From Phycisphaera mikurensis NBRC 102666 (GTDB lineage: Bacteria; Planctomycetota; Phycisphaerae; Phycisphaerales; Phycisphaeraceae): a stretch of DNA of 32,000 bases. Position numbers and translations under genes: made by a program. Under the pieces are notes generated by a model. It saw only the letters and a program-made list of their open reading frames with translations, made no database searches and was not told where the DNA came from. Positions 8,011 through 14,438 of this stretch are shown here, in pieces (positions within the stretch are counted from its first letter, which is position 1; each line of letters opens with the position of its first letter). Location of the stretch: assembly GCF_000284115.1 (NCBI RefSeq), contig NC_017080.1, forward strand, positions 600,001-632,000, read 5' to 3'.

Positions 8011-9198
8011 ATGCCCCGCTCCGCGTGCGTGATCCCGCTGCTCGTGTTCCTGCTCGCGGGCCCAGCGCGTGCGGCGCCGCTCGCGGCCGAGCTGCTCACG
8101 CCGGACCTGGAGCGTCGGGCGGTCGGGGTGCTCTCGGTCGCCGGCGGCCGGCTCCGCGCGGTCGACGGCGACCGCAACGCGACGGACAGCTCGCTGCGCG
8201 GCGTGGTGCGGCTGTCCTTCGGCGGGGTGGAAGGGGACCCCGACGCCCCGCCCGCGGGACCCCTCCCGGACGCGGGGCGCCGACCGCTCGCGGGGCATCT
8301 GATTCTCACCGACGGGCAGGTCCTCGCCGGCCGGCCCGCCGCGGAGGCGGGCGGGGGGGAGTCGCTCGCGTGGGCCCACCCGCGGCTGGGCCGGGTGGTC
8401 GTCCCGCTGGGGCGGGTGGCCTCGGTGAGCCTCGGGCCGGAGGCGGAGGGCGCGGCGCCGGGCCGCCCGCGGCCGCCGTCCGCCGACCGGCTGCGCCTGG
8501 CCAACGGCGACGCGCTCGTGGGCTTCGCCGTCTCCACCGACGCCGCGGGCGTCGCCTTTGAGCCCGAGGGCGGGGCGGCCGCAACCGTGCCCTGGGCCGC
8601 CGTCGCGGGCCTCCGGCTCGCCAACCCCGCCGCCGGCCCGCCCGCGGGCGATCTCGTGGAGCTTGCCGACGGCAGCCGCTTCGCCGCGTCCGCTCGCTTC
8701 GACGGAGCGGTCTGGACGCTGGCGGACCCGCTCCCGGGCCTGAGCCCGCCGGTCGCTGCGCTCCAGGACGTGGAGCCCGCGGCCGTGGTCGCGCTCGAAC
8801 CGGGCGCCTCGGGCCTCCGCCGGCTCGGCCTCGGCGGCGTGACGGTCGACGAGCCCGAGCCGGCCGTCGCGTTCGGCGTGCCCTTCCCCGCCCGCAGCGA
8901 CGGCGGCGTGCTGCGCCTGCACGCGCCCACGCGGGTCGTGCTCTCGGCGCCCGGCGTCGGGGTCCGCCGCGCCCGGGTGCGCCTCGCGTTGGACCCGGTC
9001 GCCGCCGCTTCACCGCTGGCCGCTCTCGAGGCCGACCTCGGCGGCCCGCCCGTCCGCCTCGACGCCGCCCGCCCCTCCGCGACGCTCGCCGCCGAGGGGG
9101 CCGGCCCGCTCGTCCTGACCCTCGCCGCGTCCGAGCACGGGCCGGTGCTCGACCGCGTCGTCGTGGAGTCGGTGGAGCTGCTGGTCGCGGCGGATTGA
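8011..9198 (+). CDS. Secreted hypothetical protein (last gene of the cluster)
   Basis: 395 aa from ATG 8011 with signal peptide MPRSACVIPLLVFLLAGPARA-AP. An in-frame GTG at 7975 would give another GTGA overlap with the upstream stop and is a credible alternative start. An internal thrice-repeated motif of type h-x-L-x-(D/N)G-x-x-h-x-G is present (HLILTDGQVLAG, LRLANGDALVGF, LVELADGSRFAA). No family recognised. Confidence 0.6.
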   Translation: MPRSACVIPLLVFLLAGPARAAPLAAELLTPDLERRAVGVLSVAGGRLRAVDGDRNATDSSLRGVVRLSFGGVEGDPDAPPAGPLPDAGRRPLAGHLILTDGQVLAGRPAAEAGGGESLAWAHPRLGRVVVPLGRVASVSLGPEAEGAAPGRPRPPSADRLRLANGDALVGFAVSTDAAGVAFEPEGGAAATVPWAAVAGLRLANPAAGPPAGDLVELADGSRFAASARFDGAVWTLADPLPGLSPPVAALQDVEPAAVVALEPGASGLRRLGLGGVTVDEPEPAVAFGVPFPARSDGGVLRLHAPTRVVLSAPGVGVRRARVRLALDPVAAASPLAALEADLGGPPVRLDAARPSATLAAEGAGPLVLTLAASEHGPVLDRVVVESVELLVAAD

Positions 9199-9220
9199 GG
9201 CGTTCCACCGCCGGCACCGC

Positions 9221-10282
9221 TCACCCGCCGGGGCAACCGACCAGCACCCGCGGCAGCCGCTCGTGGTCCGGCAGCACCGCCGCGTCGGCCCAGCCCGCCG
9301 CCACCGCCAGTTCCAGCGCCGCGTCGGCGTGCGACGCCGCCAGCTCGAACGCCGCCCGGCCGCCGGGCGCGAGAACGCCCGCCGCGCCCGCGATCAGCGG
9401 CCGCAGCAGGTCCAGGCCGTCCGGCCCGCCGCGGAGCGCCAGCGTCGGCTCGTGGTCTTTCACCCCCGGCTCCACCGCGTCCCACTCGGCGTCGGGGATG
9501 TACGGCGGGTTGCTGACGAGCCAGTCGAAACGCTCGCCCGCCAGCGGCTCCAGCAGCGACCCTTCGCGGAAGTCGACCCGTCCGGCCAGCCCCAGCCGCT
9601 GGGCGTTGCGGGCCGCGACGCCCAGCGCGTCGGCGGAGACGTCGGTTGCCACGGCGCTCGCCTCCGGCAGGCTCTTGAGCAGCGCCAGCGCGATCGCGCC
9701 GCTCCCGGTCCCCACGTCCGCGACGCGGACCGGCCCGGCGCCGCGGACCGCGGCCGTTTCGGCGTCCGCGGGCCCGCGGTCCGCGGGCGCGTCTCCGCCC
9801 GGCCGCGGCTTCGCCTCCGCCGGGGCTTCGGCTTCTTCCTCACGCTCCGCCCGCGCCCGGACCGCCTGCAGCACGTGCTCCACGAGCGCCTCGGTCGAGG
9901 GCCGCGGCACCAGCACCGCCGGCGAAACCTCCAGGGTCAGCGTGAAGAAGGGCGTGGTGCCGACGAGGTGGTCCACCGGTTCGTGCCGGAGCGCCCGCTT
10001 GACGAGCCCGCGGAAGTCGGCGAGCTCATCGGGCGACGCCGGCCGCTCCGCCTCCATGTACAGCCGCAGCCGCTCGGTCCGCAGCACGTGCGCCAGCAGC
10101 ATCTCCGCCCGCACGCGCGGGGACTCCAGCCCGCGTTCCTCGAAGCGCCTGGTCGTCCACCTCAGCAGCTTCCGGGTCGTCCAGGGCTCGTCGGTCTCCG
10201 CGATGGTCGACGCTAGCGCACCGCGCGCAATTTTCCGATCGCCTCTGCGGGCGAGTCGTGCCCCTCGCTTCGTCGGCTGCAT
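9221..10282 (-). CDS. prmC: Peptide chain release factor N5-glutamine methyltransferase
   Basis: N-terminal PrmC/HemK helical domain (WTTRKLLRWTTRRFEERGLESPRVRAEMLLAHVL). PRPSTE motif. SAM motif I VADVGTGSGAIALAL. Catalytic NPPYIP motif (LVSNPPYIPDAEW). Start set at the only in-frame ATG/GTG/TTG upstream of the conserved N-terminus (ATG 10282-10280); the ORF itself extends to 10465. It carries a ~45-aa low-complexity insertion before motif I. Confidence 0.88.
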   Translation of the reverse strand: MQPTKRGARLARRGDRKIARGALASTIAETDEPWTTRKLLRWTTRRFEERGLESPRVRAEMLLAHVLRTERLRLYMEAERPASPDELADFRGLVKRALRHEPVDHLVGTTPFFTLTLEVSPAVLVPRPSTEALVEHVLQAVRARAEREEEAEAPAEAKPRPGGDAPADRGPADAETAAVRGAGPVRVADVGTGSGAIALALLKSLPEASAVATDVSADALGVAARNAQRLGLAGRVDFREGSLLEPLAGERFDWLVSNPPYIPDAEWDAVEPGVKDHEPTLALRGGPDGLDLLRPLIAGAAGVLAPGGRAAFELAASHADAALELAVAAGWADAAVLPDHERLPRVLVGCPGG

Positions 10283-10366
10283 CGCCCTGCAGGGGCAGGG
10301 CTGCTTCGCCTCCTCACGAGGAACACGACACGCGGACGCAGGCCGATCGGAAAATTGCGCACGATG
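10219..10366. repeat. ~148-bp imperfect palindromic element (MITE/REP-like) overlapping the prmC start
   Basis: The arms are inverted repeats: CACCGCGCGCAATTTTCCGATCG (10219-10241) and CGATCGGAAAATTGCGCACGATG (10344-10366). The core is 17 bp perfect, 21/23 overall. The interior is partly self-complementary (10241-10260 vs 10324-10343, 14/20), with the centre near CCCTGCAGGGG (~10285-10295). Confidence 0.7.
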
Positions 10367-10368
10367 CT

Positions 10369-11807
10369 CTAGCAGGCCGCTGCAGAAACCCACTGCCGGA
10401 TCGTTGGCTTGAGGCACGGGGGTTGTCTGCGAATTCGTCGGCCAGCGGCGGGTGATCCGCCGCATCGTCGGGGGATTTTCAGCCGCTCGAACGGCGGCAG
10501 CACGGTGGGATCACCCACCGATCCAGCCATCGGCCTCTACGCCGCCATCAGGTTCCTCAGCCTCACCAGCGTCAGCCCCGCCGCGGCGATGTGCCACTGC
10601 TGTTGGATCCGCTTTCGACCCACCAGACGCGCCTTGCTCAAGAGTGCGTGGCTCTTCAACCAGCCAAACGGCTCCTCCACTTTCTTGCGTTTCCGCTGGC
10701 TGATCGCGTAGCCGCGGTCCCGCAGCTTCCGCCGGAAGTTGCGGAGCCTGGCCGCCAGTTTCGGCCGGTCCGCCTTCTTCGGCCCCCTCCGCCCGCCGGG
10801 CCGACGCTCGCGGCTGGGGGCAACGTGCGGGGTCGCCCCCCGGTCTTCGAGCTCGCGAAGAAACGCGCCGGCGTCGTAGCCGGCGTCGGCTCCGACCGTG
10901 CGGGCGCTGATCCCGTGGGTCGTCTTGAGCGTGTCGACCAGTTCCAGGGCCGTCTCCCGCTCAGCGAAGCCGTTGGCCTCGGAGAGCTTCATCCCCACGA
11001 TGATGCCGCTGCGGTTGTCCACCAGCAGGTGGCCCATGTGCGAGAGCTTGGCGGGCTGGCCGTCGCCCTTGCGGTAGAGCTTGGCCTCCGGATCGGTCAC
11101 GCTGCGGTGCGTGGCGTTGCTGCGCTTCTGGCCGTGGAAGTCTTGCTCGGGGTTGCGGCTCTTGAAGCCACCGGTGCCGCCGGGACCCTTGTCGTGGTCC
11201 TGATCGTCGCCGCCGCAGTGCTGCTTGCGGGCTTGAGCGGCATCGGCGGTGGCGTTGGGCACGAAGCTCTTGATGGAGCCGTGGCTCTCGATGAGCGTGC
11301 CGTCGACGCTGAAGTGCTCGGTGGAGACCTTGCCCGTGTCGATGGCCAGCTTGGTGACGGCGGTGAAGAACTTCTCGGCGAGCTTGTGCTTGATCAGCCG
11401 GTCGCGGTTGTGGGTGAAGGCGGTGGCGGCGGGGACCGGCTCGGCGGGGTCCATGCCGCAGAACCACCGGAACACCAGGTCGGTGTCGAGGCGGTCGAAG
11501 AGCTTGGCTTCGCTGGAGACGCCGTAGAGCGCCTGCAAGAGCATGAGCTTGAGCAGCCGCTCAGGCGGGACACCTGGGCGGCCCACGTCGGCGTAGGCCG
11601 CGTCGAAGTCGGCGGTCATGTCGCCGAGGATGCGGTCGACGATCCGGCGAATCGGCCGCAGCGGGTGGTCGGGGCGGATGCGTTCTTCGAGGTCGATCGC
11701 GAAGAACATCGGGGACGAGGAAGCGACGCGGCCACGCATGAGAAGGCTCCTGAGGAAGAAGCCTCAGAAGTTAGCGCCATGGACAGGGTTTTGCAGCGGC
11801 CTGCTAG
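10369..11807 (-). mobile_element. Intact IS5/IS1182-superfamily insertion sequence (~1.44 kb)
   Basis: Terminal inverted repeats CTAGCAGGCCGCTGCAGAAACCC (10369-10391) and GGGTTTTGCAGCGGCCTGCTAG (11786-11807); 16 bp are perfect and there is one 1-nt indel overall. CTAG at both ends fits a YTAR/CTAG target duplication as in IS5. A single transposase ORF fills the element. It looks less GC-rich than its flanks. Confidence 0.85.
10537..11739 (-). CDS. DDE transposase, IS5/IS1182 type (InsH-like N-terminal domain)
   Basis: 400 aa. The N-terminal InsH/DUF772-like region reads FFAIDLEERIRPDHPLRPIRRIVD ... LLKLMLLQALYGVSSEAKLFDRLDTDLVFRWFCG. DDE candidates are FSVDGTLIES, VGADAGYDAGAF and KKVEEPFGWLKS. 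The typical C-terminal tail reads LSKARLVGRKRIQQQWHIAAAGLTLVRL. An AGGAG Shine-Dalgarno lies 8 nt upstream of ATG 11739 and is partly buried in a CTGAGG-N6-CCTCAG hairpin (11753-11770). Confidence 0.9.
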   Translation of the reverse strand: MRGRVASSSPMFFAIDLEERIRPDHPLRPIRRIVDRILGDMTADFDAAYADVGRPGVPPERLLKLMLLQALYGVSSEAKLFDRLDTDLVFRWFCGMDPAEPVPAATAFTHNRDRLIKHKLAEKFFTAVTKLAIDTGKVSTEHFSVDGTLIESHGSIKSFVPNATADAAQARKQHCGGDDQDHDKGPGGTGGFKSRNPEQDFHGQKRSNATHRSVTDPEAKLYRKGDGQPAKLSHMGHLLVDNRSGIIVGMKLSEANGFAERETALELVDTLKTTHGISARTVGADAGYDAGAFLRELEDRGATPHVAPSRERRPGGRRGPKKADRPKLAARLRNFRRKLRDRGYAISQRKRKKVEEPFGWLKSHALLSKARLVGRKRIQQQWHIAAAGLTLVRLRNLMAA

Positions 11808-11854
11808 GCCGGGCACCGCGGGGCTGCGGAAGCCGGGTCCGGCCCCCCGCGGCG

Positions 11855-12736
11855 TCACGCCAGCATCGCCGAGAGCCCCGGGCGGAAGACGACCTTGCCG
11901 TCGACCACCACCAGCTTCGCGTCCAGGTGCATCCGCACCGCCTCGGCGAGGATGCGTCCCTCGAGCTTCTGGCCCTTGGCCCGCACGTCCTCGGCCCCGT
12001 CGCGGCCGACGTCGATCGGGAAGACGTCCTGGAGGATGATCGGGCCCTCGTCGAGCTGCTCGGTCACGTAGTGCGCGGTGCAGCCGGCGACGCGGGCGCC
12101 GGCCTCCCAGGCGCGGCGGTACGGGTTCGCGCCCGGGAAGTGCGGGAGCAGCGAGGGGTGGATGTTGATGATCCGCGAGGGGTACGCCGCCACCAGGTCC
12201 GGCGGCACGATCTGCATGTAGCGGGCGAGCACGACCGTGGCGGCGCCGTGCTCCTGGAGCTGCTCCCCGAGCCAGGCGAAGTGCGCCGCCTTGTCGGTGC
12301 TCGCCTTCCACGCGAACGGCAGGCCGGCCTCGGCGGCGACCTCCTGCAGGTCGGGGTGGTTGCCCAGCACGCAGGCGATCCGGCCGCGGAAGCCGTCCTT
12401 CTCCCAGCGGTCGATCAGCACGTCCAGGCAGTGTTGCTCCTTGCTGACGAGCACGGCGACGGCCTGGTCCTTCGGAGACGACGCGAGCGCGACGCGCACG
12501 TCCATGCCGATCTGCCCGCCCTCGGCGACGAGCTCGGGGATCAGCCGCTCCAGGCCGGTCTCGGGGTCGAGCTCGGCGAGGTCCACGAGCATGTCCATGA
12601 GGAAGCGACCGCCGGCGACCTGCTGCTCGAGGTCCAGGATGTTGACGCCGTGGCCGGCGAGGTAGGTGGCGAACCGCGCCACGACGCCCTTTTGGTCTTG
12701 ACCGGAGACGGAGATGACGGCGCGGATCTGGTTCAT
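11855..12736 (-). CDS. purU: Formyltetrahydrofolate deformylase
   Basis: 293 aa from ATG 12736. N-terminal ACT domain (VISVSGQDQKGVVARFATYLAGHGVNILDLEQ). Formyltransferase core (VLVSKEQHCLDVLIDRW ... VVLARYMQIVPPDLVAAYPSRIINIHPSLLPHFPGANPYRRAWEAGARVAGCTAHYVTEQLDEGPII). Confidence 0.92.
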   Translation of the reverse strand: MNQIRAVISVSGQDQKGVVARFATYLAGHGVNILDLEQQVAGGRFLMDMLVDLAELDPETGLERLIPELVAEGGQIGMDVRVALASSPKDQAVAVLVSKEQHCLDVLIDRWEKDGFRGRIACVLGNHPDLQEVAAEAGLPFAWKASTDKAAHFAWLGEQLQEHGAATVVLARYMQIVPPDLVAAYPSRIINIHPSLLPHFPGANPYRRAWEAGARVAGCTAHYVTEQLDEGPIILQDVFPIDVGRDGAEDVRAKGQKLEGRILAEAVRMHLDAKLVVVDGKVVFRPGLSAMLA

Positions 12737-13064
12737 GGCGGGGGCTCGCAGCGGGCCGCGAGCGTAGGAGGTGCCCGGGAAGGACAGGGAACCGGGCGAC
12801 GCCCCGCGCCTCCCGGCTGCGGGGCCGCGGCGGTCGGGCCCCACCGGCTGCAACCGGCCGCGGCTTGAGGCGGCGGGTTATCAGCCCTTGCGGGGGCGGC
12901 CTCGCGGCGGCACCCCGGCTGGCGCGGCGGGAGGCGGCTTGAGGAGCTGCCTATGGGACCCGCGCCGCCTCCCGACAGGTGCCGAACGCCGGCTCCGGGT
13001 GGGGAGGCGGAGCCGAAGAAGGGCGTCGCCGCTCGCCTGCCCCGCAGCCTCCCCCCGCACCGCC

Positions 13065-14336
13065 ATGCGACACCGCACCCCCGTCCGCCGCTCCGCGCTC
13101 GCCGCCGCCGCCGCGCTGCTCCCGCCCGCCGCCGCCTCGGCGCAGGCCGACCTCTTCGTCGTCACGGCGGAGTCGACCTCCGGCGTGCCCCTCGCCGCCG
13201 ACGCCCGCGGCTCGGACGTGCTGGACCTGCTCGAGGACGCGATCTCCGCCGAGCAGCGCTTCGACGGCTTCGCGGGACGCGACGCCCGCGTCTCGCTGAA
13301 CTACGCCGGCGTGGCCGACGCGGCGACGGTGGACGTCTCCGCCGACGGCCGCTCGGCCACGCTGACGCTCGGGCCCACCGGCTTCACGCGGACCTTCAAC
13401 GCCGACGACCGCGACGGTCTGCAGGACGAGATCGAGGACTTCCTCAAGGAGGACGGCGCGGGCGTCTACGCCGCGTTCCTCGCGGCGCTGCGGGAGCAGA
13501 CGCTCATCAGCGTCGTCGACGGCAACCCCAACGCGGCCACGGCCGTCTTCGGCACGCAGAGCTTCCGCCGCCACGCGGTGCCCGGGCCGGAGGCCTACGG
13601 CGGGCCGCGGGCCCTCAGCTTCGACCTCGACGAGAACCGCGTCGCCTTCGTCCGCTACGAGGGCACGGCCGGCTTGTACGCGTCCGGCGACTTCGAGGGC
13701 ACGCGGTACACGGGGCAGCTGCACGGCGGCGTGGACCTCACCGAGCGGGTGGGCCTCTCCGGGGCGTACACCCTGGGCTATCAGAAGGTGGAGGACGCGG
13801 ACCTCTTCCAAGCGGGCCTGGAGGTGGGCGTGCCGATCACGCTGCTGGGCCTCGCCCCCGCCCACGGCGGCGAGCGCACCGTCTCGCTGCGGCTGGTGCC
13901 GGTGGTGCAGCTCGGCGGCGCCGGCTCGATCGACACCGCCGACGGCGGCGCTTTCTTCGGCTACGGCGGCAACGCGTCGGGCTCGGTCCGCGTGGGCGAC
14001 TTCACCTTCACCGGCGGGCTGGGCCTGGTCGCCTACGACGGCATCGACACCGAGTTCGACGACGACTTCACCTTCGAGACCGACCTGGGCCAGGGCGTGC
14101 TCTCGGCCGGCGGCGAAGTGCTCTGGCGGATCGGCAACGACTTCAGCATCGACGCCGGGGCCAGCTACCACCGCTTCCTCGACGACGCCGCGGTGGAGGA
14201 CTGGTGGAGCCCCACCGCCGGCGTGGCCTGGACCGCCAGCTGGAGCACGCTGCGGGCCGGCTACGAGGCCGACCTGGCCGACGCCGAGGACTTCGACGGC
14301 CACCGGCTGCAGCTGTCCTGGACGGTCTCGTTCTGA
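13065..14336 (+). CDS. Outer-membrane beta-barrel protein (autotransporter-like barrel; hypothetical)
   Basis: 423 aa from ATG 13065. Signal peptide MRHRTPVRRSALAAAAALLPPAAASA-QA. The C-terminal half shows alternating amphipathic strands rich in G/Y/F/D (GLSGAYTLGYQ, VSLRLVPVVQLGG, FTFTGGLGLVAYDG, FSIDAGASYHRF). It ends in an OMP-type aromatic terminus, LQLSWTVSF. Confidence 0.6.
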   Translation: MRHRTPVRRSALAAAAALLPPAAASAQADLFVVTAESTSGVPLAADARGSDVLDLLEDAISAEQRFDGFAGRDARVSLNYAGVADAATVDVSADGRSATLTLGPTGFTRTFNADDRDGLQDEIEDFLKEDGAGVYAAFLAALREQTLISVVDGNPNAATAVFGTQSFRRHAVPGPEAYGGPRALSFDLDENRVAFVRYEGTAGLYASGDFEGTRYTGQLHGGVDLTERVGLSGAYTLGYQKVEDADLFQAGLEVGVPITLLGLAPAHGGERTVSLRLVPVVQLGGAGSIDTADGGAFFGYGGNASGSVRVGDFTFTGGLGLVAYDGIDTEFDDDFTFETDLGQGVLSAGGEVLWRIGNDFSIDAGASYHRFLDDAAVEDWWSPTAGVAWTASWSTLRAGYEADLADAEDFDGHRLQLSWTVSF

Positions 14337-14340
14337 TTCG

Positions 14341-14413
14341 CGGACGGTCGCGGACCGTCGCGGACCGTTGCGGACCGTCGCGGTTGAGGCCGGTTGGCGG
14401 CGGCGGTCCGCGG
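14341..14413. repeat. 10-bp tandem repeat (CGGACCGTCG x4) plus inverted copy; terminator-like region between convergent genes
   Basis: The repeat starts 5 nt after the OMP stop: CGGACGGTCG CGGACCGTCG CGGACCGTTG CGGACCGTCG CGG... . Copies 1 and 2 form GACGGTC-GCG-GACCGTC. An inverted CGGTCCGCGG at 14404-14413 can pair with any of the direct copies. It lies between the convergent OMP gene (stop 14336) and murE (stop 14439). Confidence 0.7.
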
Positions 14414-14438
14414 GGTACGCGGCCGCCGCGGCCCCGCC

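Noticed and set aside
10283-10465. Longer prmC start at ATG 10465
   Set aside because: It would read through the palindromic element and across the IS terminal repeat (10369-10391), i.e. it would begin inside the mobile element. The added residues (MRRITRRWPTNSQTT...) have no PrmC counterpart.
12737-13064. Riboswitch (e.g. ZTP/pfl-type, common near one-carbon and purine genes) in the 328-bp purU / OMP divergent spacer
   Set aside because: I could not find the conserved ZTP core elements as I recall them (GGGTCGTGAC...CCGCCTGGGC-type) on the purU strand. I found only a 9-mer direct repeat, GGCTTGAGG, at about 12864-12872 and 12937-12945. A covariance-model scan (Rfam/Infernal) would be needed to exclude other RNAs.
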